Shown: piece by piece, positions 34,814-47,875 of the stretch
Position numbering within the stretch: position 1 is the stretch's first letter
How the letters are laid out: every line of letters starts with the position of its first letter
Source: Heteronotia binoei
Taxonomy: Eukaryota
DNA: 64,000 nucleotides
Assembly (NCBI RefSeq): GCF_032191835.1
Contig: NC_083240.1
Span: forward strand, 13,454,001 to 13,518,000
Reading direction: 5' to 3'
Made by a program: the position numbers and the translations under genes
Notes under the pieces: model-generated
Databases searched by the model: none
What the model saw: the letters and a program-made list of their open reading frames with translations, nothing else
Told to the model about the DNA's origin: nothing

Positions 34814-35152
34814 CAGGAGCGTCAAACTCATTTGTTATGAGGGCCGAATCTTCACCTTGTCGGCCGGCCAATATAATGCCAGGTAAAGGAGATATAAACT
34901 TTATAAAGGACACAGACAAACGCACTCAGCCTAATCCACCTCACTGACTTATTGAGTCTCAACTAACAGATGGAAGAGAGGCTTGGCTCAGTAGCTCTGC
35001 TGTGCAATTGAGCAAGCCTGGCAAAGCAAGTTGTGATGCAGAAGGAATTAAGAGAGGGAGAAGGAAGCAGATGATAGTGAGTTGCTTGTGGGCCTGATAA
35101 GAGCCCTCCGGGGGCTTGATTCAGCCCCCCAGCCACATGTTTGACACCCCTG
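34814..35152. mobile_element. hAT MITE (CAGGGGTGTCAAAC-type TIR)
   Basis: CAGGAGCGTCAAAC / GTTTGACACCCCTG termini; exact 8-bp TSD CTCTATAC. Confidence 0.9.
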
Positions 35153-37033
35153 CTCTATACTATTGCTGTCTGCAGGTGAGGACTTCTTTGCCTGCAGATG
35201 AGGACTTGTTTCATTTGTTTCATCATGAAGTGTTGCATTTTGTAAACCCCCCCCCCCCAATAACTCTCCTCTTTGGTCCCATTATTGTTTGTTTAAGCAT
35301 TTTTATTGACTCATGGCTTTCATACTTGGCTGGTGGATTTCTCAGGAGGATGCTGGAATAGCTGGATGTCTGGGTCTAATCCAGTAGGATAACTGCTGTA
35401 GGGTAGCTGCTTGGGGGGACTGCCTTTTCCGGTATATCCCCCAAAGAGCTTTGTGCTCTGAAGACCAAAATTTGCTGATGATCCCTGGCCCAAGAGATAT
35501 CCAGCTGTCCTCAACCAGATCCAGGTGGAACCTGGTGACATCTTCACCCCATGGGACCTAGTACAATTCCACAGGGCATGTGAGACCTGGCCTATGGTTG
35601 AGGACAGCAAAAGCCTCACCATTTTGGCCTATGATCCATCCCCTTACGGAAGGAGAGAAACGGAGAGTATGTGCCATTGATGATTTTTCCACTATATTTT
35701 ATTGATTTTCATTGTAACCGACTGTATATTTTGTATATCTAATTTATAGAATGTTTTCAACAATGATGTACCCTGCCCTGAACCATTTGGGGAGAGAGCG
35801 GTTTATAAATGAAACAAACAAACAAGCAAGCAGGACTTTTTTTGACCCGGAACGCAGTTCCGGCTGGCTTCGTATCAGGGGGTGTGGTCTATTATACAAA
35901 CTAGTTCCTACTGGGCTTCCCCCACCAAAAGCCCAGTTTGAAATAATGGTGGCATCAGGGGTGTGGCCTACTATGGAAATGAGTTCCTGCTGGGCTTTTT
36001 TCTACCACCCCCCCCCCCTTGCAAGTAAGTGCGATGGCTCTGAAGACCATTGTCTTCCAAAAGGGCTGTATCAGTGCTAGGCAACCGTTAGTTAAGCATC
36101 ATTTTGAAACGAGCGTGTCGCTATCACGCCAGTTTGGGCTGACGCTGCTGCACAGCTCTTTACAGAAGCCACCGGTGGCTCTGTGTTGCTTTCCCTTCTG
36201 GTCTTTTGGCTTTCATCTGCATCTGTTTTATGCCGCCAGGCAGGCCCAGAGATGCAAGCTGGCCCCGCTAATGATCATGCCCTGAGCGGTTCAGTAGCGG
36301 AAGGGAAGTTGCCTTAATTGTCTGCTGGAGTTCAGAGCTGCAGCCGGAGCCTCAAAAGATGGGCAGGGGCGGTTTTATCTGTTCAAAGGCCGGGCCTGAG
36401 TGGCGTCGGCGCTTTGGAAATCTCAGTTGCCATTCACACACACACAAAAAAGTCCCAATTCCAATGTCTTTTTAATGGACGTTATCCGCCTTAATTGTGA
36501 GAAGGGCGAGTGATGCTGAGCTTAATGAGAGCTGGCCTTCTTGGCTCATTTCAAGTGCTGGGTAGGGCCGAACTGGCTTGCATCTCCACCTGCCTGCAAA
36601 CAAAACAGATGCGGTAAAAGTCCTACCAATCTGGATTTTCTTTTTTTAATGTGAGCTTTCTGGGGACTGGTGATTTCATCTCCCTCTTTATTGCCTTTTC
36701 ATCCTCCCCTTCTTATCAGGAGCTGAAGGCATCCTACGTGTTTCTCTTCTCCATTTGCCTCTGGCTACAGTAGACTTTTGCAGTTTGTCGATTCATTCAT
36801 GGTGATTTCACTTCTTCAGTCTGATTTCAGGCTGCTGGGAGGCCTCCTGCCAACAGCCCTCACTTCTGCTACCACTACGAGTGGGAGTGGTTGAAAAAGA
36901 AAAGGAAAGTTGGCATCAGCTGCACCACAGAGTCACTTCCAGGAAAACCCCATAAGTTATATGAGTTAGCTTTAGAACCTGAGAGAAAATCTGTGGTTTT
37001 ACAATAGCATTTCCAGTTATTCCTAGAGCTACC

Positions 37034-37415
37034 AATGAAATTGCTGAGCAGTCGGGTTAGAACGGATAATAGGAAGTACTTCTTCACCCAAAGGGTGATT
37101 AACACATGGAATTCACTGCCACAGGAGGTGGTGGCAGCTACAAGCATAGACAGCTTCAATAGGCAATTGGATAAGCATATGGAGCAGAGGTCCATCAGTG
37201 GCTATTAGCAGCAGCGTATCATTGGAATTCTCTGTCCAGGGCAGTGATGCTCTGTATTCTTGGTGCTTGGGGGGGCACTGTTGAAGGCTTCTAGTGTCCT
37301 GGTCCCACTGGTGGACCTCCTGATGGCACTTGGGTTTTTTGGCCACTGTGTGTCACAGAGTGTTGGACTGGATGGGCCATTGGCCTGATCCAACATGGCT
37401 TCTCTTACGTTCTTA
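37034..37415 (+). mobile_element. CR1 LINE 3' end
   Basis: Encodes RKYFFTQRVINTWNSLPQEVV (CR1 ORF2 C-terminus) plus CR1-type 3' UTR; interrupts a repeat seen uninterrupted at about 34395-34620. Confidence 0.85.
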
Positions 37416-37536
37416 CCTAATGTTACTTCCAGGTTTTCCCCCCAGGTCCTTGCCCCAGTAGCTCCCACCAGTTGCCAAAGGTTGCCCTCTAATTTATAGT
37501 GTGCTATTTTCTGATTTCATTTTCCTGTGTTACCAC

Positions 37537-37720
37537 CAGGGCTATTTTTTGTAACAGGAACTCAGTTCAATGTTAGGCCACACCCCCCAGATATAGCCAA
37601 TCCTCCTGGAGCTTACAGTAGGCCCTGTACTAAGAGCCCTGAAAGCTCCTGGAAGATTGGCTACGTCAGGGGTGTGTAGCCTAACATTGAACTGAGTTCC
37701 TGCTACAAACAAAAGCCTTA
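37537..37720. mobile_element. Palindromic hAT-type MITE
   Basis: Family match. Confidence 0.8.
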
Positions 37721-38248
37721 CCACATTGTTCACAGTGTGCCTTACGCTGCTCTGTTTGCATTGTTTCTGTTGTATAATCTTCCTTGCGTCTTCTTGAGAA
37801 AGATAGGCTATAAATGAAGAAAACAGATGGGTTTGACTCAGTTTAAGTAAAAAACACACACACACACACACACACACACAGGGGGTTGGGGTCAAAAAGA
37901 TGAGAAATTTGGAGAAAGGATGAGAAATTCAGAGTCACCCCTGTGTGTATATATATTGCTTTTCTTTCATCACATAGCTTAAAGTGGTAGACAAATTGGT
38001 GCTTAGGGCAGCACGGTGGGGGTTCTCAGGAAATCACTCATCCTGGCATTGAACAGGCTCTGACTTTGCTGTATTGTGTGACTCAGGTAGTGGCCAGCTG
38101 GAAAAGGGAAGGAGTCACTGCTAGGGTTGCCAGCTCCAGGCTAAGAGGTCTGGGAATAGAACCTGGGGAGGGCAGGCCTTGGGGAAAGGAGGGACCTCCT
38201 CTGTGTGCCATGCCATAGACCGCCCCCTTCAGAGCAGTCATTTTCTCC

Positions 38249-38537
38249 AGAAGAAGAAGAAGATGTTATTGGATTTATATCTCACCCTATACTCTGAATC
38301 GCAGAGTCTCAGAGCGGCTCACAATCTCCTTTCCCTTCCTCCCCCACAACAGACACCCGGTGAGGTGGGTGGGGCTGAGAGAGCTCTTGCAGCAACTGCC
38401 CTTTCAAGGACAACTCCTGCAAGAGCCATGGCTGACCCAAGGCCATTCCAGCAGGTGCAAGTGGAGGAGTGGGGAATCAAACCCGGTTCTCCCGGATAAG
38501 AGTCCGCGCACTTAACCGCTACACCAAACTGGCTCTC
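38249..38537 (-). mobile_element. Squam3-like SINE inserted in a GGTTGCCA-type MITE
   Basis: Sequence match to family. Confidence 0.9.
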
Positions 38538-39475
38538 AGAGGAAAATGATCTCTGCAAGCTTGGAGATCAGTTGCAATTCCGGGAAATCTCCAGGCTCTG
38601 TCTAGAGGTTGGCAACTGGCATCGCTTTATAGCTGGCTTCCACTCAGCAAAGGAATTTGGGAAATGTTGTGTGTTAAGGCATGCCTGGTCTGTAGATCCT
38701 CTAGTCCCCCTCATCCTACACACCACAAAGGGAGTAAGTTTTGGAAAGTTCTGCTGGCACCTCCTAACTGGCATCGATCGCAGGTGGTGTAAATTCCCAT
38801 CTTCCTCCTCCAAAATGCTCTTGGGCAGCAGGTCTTCTTGCAGCGAGCCGCCCTCCACATCCATCCCGCAATTCTAATAATCTCGTTGCAGTTAATTTTT
38901 AATGCCCTCTATACCGAACACCACTTGCTTCTAAAGCAATTTGTCCCTGTGAGCCTTTGTGAATTTTTTATCGGGTTTTCCGGAATATTGACAATAATCC
39001 ACACGGCCAAGTTGCGTAATTATTTCCTCCTCCCCCCCCCCTTCTTTCCCTTCGATGTGCATTTATGGCAAGTGGAATGCAAATGAAGCCCAGAGTTTAC
39101 TCCTCAGATGGGAGGATGAGGGAAACACAGCAGCCCAAATTGTTTGTGTTTTGGAAGACAAATGGAGACGATAAAGCTATAGAACTTTGTCTGGGAGGTG
39201 TTAGAAATTCAAGAGCCAGATGGCTAAGCAAACTGAAGTTGAGAGCGTAGTGTTGCATTTGCTGAGCCTTAAAACTTTCAGCATTTGTTCCGTAGTCTTG
39301 CAGTATTATCGAGTGTTTCGTTCCACAACCTTCTCACGATCCTCTGCAAATTTCTGTGAATGTCATTTACATTGCATATTTTAAGGTGTTTGGTCCATTC
39401 TGCAGTCTATACTTCCATAGTTTTTATGTAATGGTAATGAGTAAATGCATGTCTTGTGTACCCTTCCCTCTGTTA

Positions 39476-39776
39476 GGTGTAGTGGTTAAGTGCATGGTGT
39501 AGTGGTTAAGTGCATGGACTCTTATCTGGGTGAACCGGGTTTGATTCCTCACTCCTTCACTCGCAGCTGCTGAAATGGTCTTGGTCATCCATAGCTCTTG
39601 CAAGAGTTGTCCTTGAAAGGGCAGCTGCTGTAAGAGCTCTCTCAGCCCCACCTACCTCACAAGTGTCTGTTGTGTGTGTGTGTGGGGGGGGAAGGTAAAG
39701 GAGATTGTGACCGCTCGGAGACTCTGAGATTCAGAGTATAGGGTGGGATATAAATCCAATATCATCATCTTCTTCT
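39476..39776 (+). mobile_element. Squam3-like SINE with duplicated 5' 20-mer
   Basis: GGTGTAGTGGTTAAGTGCAT occurs twice in tandem. Confidence 0.88.
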
Positions 39777-40623
39777 GTTCAAGGATGTAACCGCGGAAAA
39801 CTGGCAAAAAGGATCATGCACAGTTCTGTTCCACAACATTGGCAACTTAGACTGGGATGGCATGTTCCAGGGAGAATCCCCATCAGTGGCACTCAGATGT
39901 ATCCTAGATCCAGAGGAGTTAGCCATGTTGGTCTGTTGCTGCAAAATAGTAAAGATTAACAAATTCCATCGCAGCATGAACTTTGGAGAAACACAGCTCT
40001 CTTCATCAGACGTATCGTAGGTATCTTGGTAGGCAAGATATTGAATTCCACATGTCATAAAGGTCGCACCCGTATGCTTTGAGTCTCTGGCGCTAGCTGA
40101 GAAAACATGGTAAAGTTCAAGCGGCGTGCAGATCTACAGGCGGACAGGAAAACCTCGCGAGGCTGTGTTCATGGAATACAGCTAGAGCTGAGCCAGATTT
40201 TGGAGAGTTGTCATAGTCATGGTTGAATTTGCCTTTTGGCAAACAAGCTCAGTGAGTCACACAAAAAAGGAAAGTGTGCCTTTGTTTTTTTGTCCAAGGC
40301 CTGGTGTGTATGCATGTGTGTGTGTGTGTAAGAGAGAGAGAGAGAGAACAAAAGCTTCCAGAGGTGCAATTCTTAAAGGTCCAGGGATCTCTGCAGCCTC
40401 TGATCCACTGGCCAAAAGGGCACAGCAAAAGGATCTTCCTGAGCCCTGGCAGAAAGGAAGCTGCCAGTCCATGGGTTTGTGGGACACAGTCACAGGACCC
40501 GCCTCCTTTTCCCACACAGCAGAAGTTGCCTCTCATGTATTTTGCTCACGTGTCTTTCTCGTAGCCCAAGTGTGAAAACTAAGTGGTCGTGTTTTCTCTT
40601 CTTCTTCTTCTTCTTTTCCATAG

Positions 40624-40770
40624 TGGAAAGATGTATGAACTCCATGCAAGCGGGTACTCAGATGATCAAGCTGCGGGGCAGTTCCAAAGGCCTTGTTCGT
40701 TTCTACTACCTGGACGAGCACAAGTCGTGCATTCGCTGGAGACCCTCCCGGAAGAACGAGAAAGCCAAAA
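40624..40770 (+). CDS. PLCH2: PLCH2 exon, PH domain start (VERCMNSMQAGTQMIKLRGSSKGLVRFYYLDEHKSCIRWRPSRKNEKAK)
   Basis: Long pyrimidine tract plus TAG acceptor; A|GTAAGC donor; peptide diagnostic of PLCH2 rather than PLCH1. Confidence 0.97.
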
Positions 40771-42589
40771 GTAAGCAAGCAGGGTTGCCAGTTCCGGGTT
40801 TGGAAATGCCTGGAGCCTGGGAGGGTGGGGTTTAGGAAGGGGAGAGACCCTGGTAGAATATAATGTGTCATACAGGCCGCCATCCGAAGCAGCCATTAAC
40901 TCCAGGAGAAGTGGAATAAATGCTCTGAACAAACAAACACACAGCAATCTATGTAGTCTAGAGAGCAGCTGTAATTCTGGAGATATCCAGCCCCCCCACC
41001 TGGAGGTTGGCAACCTTATCTGCAGCAGAGAGAGAGAGAGAGAGTCTCTCTCTCTCTCTCTTTCCCTCTCTCCCCCCTCACACACTAATCTTTCAAAGCT
41101 GTATGTCCAAAGGCTGCTGAGCGTTTTGATTCTTTTCTTTTCGCACCCGTTTAATATTTTTGTCAATGGTTTCTCCTCTCTGCTTTTTTGCTGGCTTTAT
41201 ATTACAAACCCCTTTCTATTATGTGGAGGAAAGCGATGGAAAATTTGCTATCGGCCACTTTACCCACTCCGCTGCAGTGAACACAATCTGTGCTCATAAC
41301 TCAGGTATCATTTTGCCTGCCTTCCCCACCCTCTTCTGAAGCATTTTCAAGTGCAGAAAAAGAATTGCCCCTATTGGGAGGACCTTGCTGGTCCGCGCTT
41401 TCCCTCTTGAGCGTTTCAGCCTTTGCGACTGCTTACAGCATGACCAGCCGCCCTTTGGAACTGACCAATCCTCAAGAGATTGGTCTGGGATGCAGAAATG
41501 AATCACCGTGTGCTGGGTTTGGGAATTTTTTTTTTTGGAGATAATTTATTTCAGACTTTGGAGGGATCCAGCTGTAATGGGTTTCTGCATCTATAATGTT
41601 CCCGTTATTATTCTGAGAAATTCAGATTACTCATGGGTGGGTGAACCTTTGCTCTAAACTGTAAAAAAGACTAATACGAAAGACTAATAAGAAAAAAGTG
41701 GTTCGTTTTGTCCTACGCAGTTTTGACGGGTTGCGCTTGGCAAATTCAGACCTGCGGACGAATCCAGTCACTTATGTTCCTAGCTTTGCTGTTGGTAATT
41801 GGTGAAAACGCACACCAGTGCGTGCAGCTAGGAAGTTGAGCACAGACATAACAATGACACAATATTTTGCATATTAGGAACATAACAGCTGATTTGTTGG
41901 ATCAGAGCAGTGGTCCATCTGATCCAGCATCCATTCCCAGAAGTAACCCACTAGGTGACTCCAGGAAGCCAGCAACACAGACAAGGCTTGGCATTGAGGA
42001 TTGCATGGCCCGGTACTGGGTCATGACCCTGCAGATGGGAAACACTGGAGTAGAGGATAGCTATCACTTTCACATTTGGCTTCCAAGAGGCATCTCAATG
42101 GATGCTGTCAGAAAAAGGATACTGGACTAGACAGATCTTGGGTGCAGTCCAGCGAGGCGGCTCTTATGTTCTTAGAAATGTTCTTCAGCTGGGCTTCTGA
42201 TCTCTGCTGCTGCATACGAGTCTATTCTCTCTCGCTTCCTTCCTGGCAGAACTCATAGCCTAGTGAACAGATGTCTGATTTTAAAGTGAGGTGCATTTTG
42301 TAATCTCAAGAGTATACCATAATCTCCAAAAACTATGCTCTCTGCTGGGTGCTTTTTAAAAAAATATATATATTTTTTTCATCTTTTCAACTTAATGGCT
42401 GCAATCTTTCAAGGGAATCATGCCTATAATTCCAAAATGGCTCCCAATTTTTTTTGTTTTGCATTTTTGTGTTTGTGCGCATGCCCGCATGTGTTCGTGT
42501 GTGCACCAGGAAGTCATGGCAACCCATGGTGACTGACCCCTACTGGGGGCCTGGAGGAAATTCAGGGAGGTGGTTGAATACAGCCTGCC

Positions 42590-42710
42590 CTCGCCTCCCG
42601 ACTGCTGGTATCCCAAGGAGGTCTCCCCTCCAAGTACTTGCCAGAGTCGACCCTGCATGGCTTTCGAGATCTGATGCGATTGGGCTTGCCTGGAATATCC
42701 AGGTCAGAGT
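42590..42710 (-). mobile_element. 5S rRNA-derived SINE, partial
   Basis: Minus strand CCAATCGCATCAGATCTCGAAAGCC..CAAGTACTTGGAGGGGAGACC resembles 5S rRNA. Confidence 0.65.
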
Positions 42711-43278
42711 GGGTCCTGACATTTGACATGATTCACAACCCTTATAAAAAGTTGTTTGATATGACAATGGGAAGCTACCTTTCTCTGAACTTCTTATTGG
42801 AACGAAACACAACCATATTCTTTAAGTATGTGTTGAAATGGCCTTATGCTAAGCACATTGTATGCAACACACTGATTCGTGGATGGTTTCGTTGTCTGCA
42901 TCTTTGATTTTGGGAGAGACACAAGATGCTAACAGATTCCTGTTGCTGTCAGTTGCCAAATCCTGACATGTTTTTGAGGAGAGAGTCCACAAAAGCAAAA
43001 TGAAAAGGGGGAAGGGGTCCTCAGAAGAATTCTTTTTGATTAGACCAAAGGTCCACCTAGTTCCACATCCTGTTTCTATGGTAGCAAGAAAAGAGATGCT
43101 GCTGGGAGACCCAGGCTGGTTTCATACAGTGAAATTGATGCGATTTCATCCCATTGCAGAAAAACCCACTTGAGTTTGATCCGTTTCTGGGCTATCAGAC
43201 AGACACCGTTGAAGCGGCAGGATCCCACAGCGGCCCATTCACACTGCTAGCGCGGCTCAACCACAGACCAGCTGGGGA

Positions 43279-44250
43279 ATAATAATAATAATAAATTTTA
43301 TTTTATATCCCGCCCTCCCCCACCGAGGCAGGCTCAGGGCGGCTCACAGGACATGGTATATACCATGATTACAACAAAATACAGTCATTACAATAAAAGA
43401 CAGTTAAAATATAATTAAATTACATTGATAAATTAAGTTAAATAAGTCAGTTAAAACCATTATAGGTTATAGAATTAAGGTGCTACAGTTCGATTTATGA
43501 ATAAGGATGGCTGGGTGTCATTACCCGGGTGCCATCTTAAAAGCAAGCTGAAAGAGGACGGTTTTGCAAGCCCTGCGAAACTGATTTAGGTCTCGCAGGG
43601 CTTGCACCTCCTCTGGTAGCTGATTCCACCGTTGGGGAGCCATTGTTGAGAAGGCCTGCTCCCTCGTTTTCAGTCTGGCCTCCCTTGGTCCAGGGATTTT
43701 AAAAAGATTTTGAGAACTACATCTCAGTGCTCTCTGAGGAACATATGGAGAGAGGTGGTCCCTAAGGTAGGTAGGTCCTCGGCCATATAGGGCTTTAAAG
43801 GTAATAACCAGCACCTTGTAACAAACTCGGTACACAATTGGCAGCCAATGCAGTTCCCGCAGCCTAGGCCGTACATGTTCCCACCGAGGTAGTCCCACTA
43901 ACAGCCTAGCCGCTGCATTCTGCACTAGCTGCAGTTTCCGCATTCGGTACAAGGGCAGCCCCATGTAGAGGGCATTACAGTAGTCCAGCCTCGAGGTGAC
44001 CGTTGCATGGATCACAGTTGCCAGGTCGCTATGTTCCAGGAAGGGGGCCAACTGCCTCGCCCTCCTAAGGTGGAAAAAGGCGGATTTAGCAGTGGCGGCT
44101 ATCTGGACCTCCATTGTCAAGGAAGGCTCCAGTAGCACTCCCAAGCTCTTGACCCTGCACACTGGTATCAGTGACGCACTGTCAAAGGCTGGTAGGGCGA
44201 TCTCCCCTCCTGGCCCGCCGCGACCTACGCAAAGGACCTCTGTCTTCGCT
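43279..44250 (-). mobile_element. L2-clade LINE, 5'-truncated
   Basis: VKSLGV, SRLDYCNALY, QLVQNAAARL, LHWLP motifs; (TAT)n tail; 3' tail shared with the Squam3-like SINEs. Confidence 0.9.
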
Positions 44251-44450
44251 GTCTTCGCTGGAAAGGGTTGTCTTTTTTAAAAAGTCCCCCAGTGTGTTCA
44301 TTCAAGCAGAGAAGCGCACAAGCACACCTCCAAGTGGGGTTAGGGAACACCCCCCCCCCCCTTGATCATCCCAGAAATGGCTTGGTGCGATCACACAGCT
44401 CTTCTGCTTATGAGTCACGCTGGGGCATTCAAACAGCAGTCAGTTACCTG

Positions 44451-44467
44451 TGACCTATCAGTGACCT
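44451..44467 (-). promoter_or_regulatory. Perfect DR5 motif (AGGTCA-ctgat-AGGTCA), candidate retinoic acid response element
   Basis: Motif match only; third half-site at 44480-44485; AP-1 site TGAGTCA at 44411-44417. Confidence 0.35.
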
Positions 44468-44921
44468 ATCAGTTATCAGTGACCTATATCTGATTCAGGG
44501 GGATACTACTGGGAAAATCCAGGTAGCTTTTAAATTAGGATAGGAGGCGTCTGGAGATGGGGTGAGAACAGGTGCAGCTCGGAGGGCAGATGTGCTTGTG
44601 TGATCGTGTGCTTTTAATCCGAATGGGAGGCAGGGCTAGGTCGGGCCAAATCTCCCGTGTGAAACCACCCCCAGAATCTGGGTCCCTTGTTGACGTTTGT
44701 CCTCCAGTAACTGCTATTCAGAGGTAGACAGCCACTGAGCCTGGAGGTTCTGGTCAGTTGATGGACTTGTCCTCCTTTGAGTCTTTTGCACCACCTGTAA
44801 GCCAGCGGATGTCACCCACTAAGCCTTTTGAGAGTACAGCTTTATTCCAAACACTGCACTGTTGCCAGGCACGAATTTATACAACTTCTTTATTCTCCTT
44901 TACACCCCCTTCCCCTCACAG

Positions 44922-45165
44922 TCTCTATAGATTCAATCCAGGAGGTGTGCGAGGGCAAACAGTCGGAGATCTTCCAGCGCTACGCAGACGGCAGCTTCGA
45001 CCCCAACTGTTGCTTCAGCATCTACTATGGAGACCACATGGAGTCCCTGGACCTGGTCTCATCCAGCGGGGAAGAGGCTCGGACGTGGATCACAGGCCTC
45101 AAGTACCTGATGGCCGGCATCAGTGATGAAGACAGCCTGTCGAAAAGGCAGAGAACGAGAGACCA
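44922..45165 (+). CDS. PLCH2: PLCH2 exon, PH domain (ISIDSIQEVCEG...KRQRTRD[Q])
   Basis: CAG acceptor, in-frame join, U12-type donor GTATCCTT at 45166. Confidence 0.97.
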
Positions 45166-45343
45166 GTATCCTTCTTAGTGGGCGGGCGGGCAAAGCTGAA
45201 GCTACCCTGTCTTCTTAAAGCTCGTTTTGTTATTTTTTTAAAAACCATTTTTATTTAACAATTTATTGTCGTTTCACAACATAAACATGACAAAAAATAA
45301 AATAATATAGTACAGTGCAATAGTTACAAATTAATAGTAAGAC

Positions 45344-45525
45344 CAGGGCTTTTTTTGTAGTGAGAACTCCTTTGCATATTAGGCCACACCTCTCTTATGT
45401 AGACATTCATTCAAGAGCTTACAGGGCTCTTATTATAGGGCCTACTGTAAGCTCTTGGAGGACTGGCTACATCAGGGGTCTGTGGCCTAATATGCAAAGG
45501 AGTTCCTGCTACAAAAAAAGCCCTA
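45344..45525. mobile_element. Palindromic hAT-type MITE
   Basis: Family match. Confidence 0.85.
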
Positions 45526-45988
45526 AGATAGTAATAAAAATACAGCATTTTACCTAACATGTCTATTTTAAACATACTGGTAATTTTCAGTGTTTAAAAC
45601 GCACTTGTTTTGAACAATTTCTCTGAATAAAAAGCCTTTAGTCTAAGGATTTTGAAATCCAGTAAATTTACCATAAACAGAGTATATCAGTCGACTCAGG
45701 AATATCATATTTGAATAAATGTTCCATGAGCTCTTATGGGAAAGGGCAGAATACAAATCCACAGAAATAAATAATTAACAAACAAGCAAGCAAATAAATA
45801 AATAAATAAGTAAATTTATGGGGAATCAGATTGCCTCAAGACTGAATGAAAATTTTTGAGAAATAGAAAATGGTAAATTGTCAGAGAGTCTGGCCATAAT
45901 ATACATGTCCCGTAACCTTTTGTGCCATATTAATAAATCTGAGGGAGCTTTGACTTTCCAGCGTGAAGCTAAAGTTGATATCGCTGTG

Positions 45989-46457
45989 CAGGCCTCAGAT
46001 TCAGCAGGAGCTCTCAGGAGCACAGCTCCTGAGCCTTTCTGAGGGTTCCCCCTCCTCCTCCCCACCTACCTTGTCCATTGAATAGTAGGTGCAGCTGCAT
46101 AACAATCCCTGGATTAGGAGAGCGGGCAGGCAGCCAGCCACCAGGGCCTTTGCCACACACCCCAGCAGCCCTTATTAACCCCTGGAGAAGCCATATGCTA
46201 CCCTTTCTTCACTTCTTGTGTGATTTGGGGTGGTGGGTGGCTTGTTGACCTTTTGACTGGGGGGAGGGCGGCCCAGGAGAGCCCCAGATGAACAAGGTCT
46301 GCTTGGACTGGCTGGTTCTCTAGCCATCCCAAGCAGACCTCGCTTCCCCAGGGCTCTCTTTTCTTGCATCGGGTTGCTTTTGGCTGGGGGGGGGGAGCAT
46401 ATGCTAATGGTTATGCTAATGAGCCCTGCCACCTATTTTTCTACAAAACAACCCCTG
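45989..46457 (+). mobile_element. Non-autonomous hAT element (second copy)
   Basis: 8-bp TSD TCGCTGTG/TCACTGTG; aligns to 20021-20478. Confidence 0.85.
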
Positions 46458-47677
46458 TCACTGTGAATAAAAAAAATTGAGATAGCTTTAGCTGGAAATG
46501 AGAGGCAAGAATCAGACTTCCAACCATTGAGGAAAAGGTGGTCGAGCCCCCCCCCCTCCCCATTTTTACAATATTCCATCAGCAAAGCCTCAAATAATAG
46601 ATCTGGGATTGACTTAACTGTGGGTTTTTAATAGTCCGAGCAAGGGTTGGCGTGGTGCTTGCCAGAATGTCGGATGCTAAGCAAGGGCTGACTTCATAGA
46701 AGACAGCTTCATGGGCTCAGTTGGCAGGGTTTTGCACGCAGAAGGTTCCAGCTTTGATCCTTGCTAAACCGAGTAAGACCCCCTGCCTTAGATCTTGGAG
46801 AGGTGATGCAGTTCAGAATAATCCGTGCTGGTCCAGACGAACTCGTGGCTAGAAGCAGGTGGACGGTGGCAGGAAGGTGAGCTCCGTGTCTTCTCCTTCC
46901 AGTCCCAGAGGCAGTATGCCTCTTTAGATCAGTTGCCAGGGAACACAGGCAAGAAGATGCTGTCTCAGGTCACCTGCTCACGGGCTTCCTAGAAGCAGCT
47001 GGTCAGCCACTGTGTGAACAGAAGGCTGGATTTGATGGGCCTTGGGTCTGATCCAACAGGCTTTTCTTACACTCTTATGGAGGACTTTTTTTTTGTAGCA
47101 GGAACTCCTTTGCCTATTAGGCCACACCTCCCTGGTGTAGCCAATCCTCCAAGAGCTTACAGGGCTCTTAGTACAGGGGTGTAAGCTCCAGGAGGACTGG
47201 CTTCATCAGGGGTGTGTGGCTGTTGTGTATGCGGACTCATGGTTATGTTCCTTTACCAGCATTCCTGCCTGGCTCATTGGAGCCTTGAGGACTGAGCTTG
47301 GGGACTCTAGAACAATGGGCTGTAGGATCCAAAGCCCTACTGCCCTGGTCCAATCAGAAGCCCTCTGCTGGTTCAAACGATCCAATGCTGTTCTAGCATG
47401 GACTGTATATAGTTGGCCCCGTTGGCCCAGTTAGGCAGTCTTCTTTAGCTACTAGTTACCATGCTGTAACTCCAGTAAAGAGCTATGATCACTGCAGCCG
47501 CGTCTCCTCTGTGCATTGAACCCACTACATTATAGTGACCTAATATACAAAGGAGTTCCTGCTACAAAAAAAAAGCCCTGCTGTTATGCTTCGTTGCCCT
47601 TTTTCAGTGCCTGGATTGGGGTGCTTCCTGTAGCTGGGGGGGGGGGGGGAGGGGGATGCCATCCCAGCCACCTCTTG

Positions 47678-47875
47678 ATCTTCTTCGTGGTCTCTGTGCA
47701 GTCCCACACATGGGGTCTTGCCGCAGGCAACGGATCCGTACCTCGGAGCTCCAATAGCTCGTTTATAACGTCTTTTGGCGCGCTTTCCTCCCGCCCTGGG
47801 GAGCAGGCAGCGACTGCGCATGCCTGGAGCGGGGGGAGAGCGCCTATTCCACTCAGTTTCTTCCCTTCCGCCGCC
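47678..47875 (+). repeat. DIRS left ITR
   Basis: About 47707-47864 is the exact reverse complement of about 53770-53927; first ~37 nt complementary to ICR 53598-53634. Confidence 0.95.

Noticed and set aside
40219-40258. ATG...TCA|GTGAGT as an alternative first exon just upstream of 40624
   Set aside because: The ATG frame gives a phase-0 donor, incompatible with the phase-1 acceptor; the compatible frame has a stop and no ATG.
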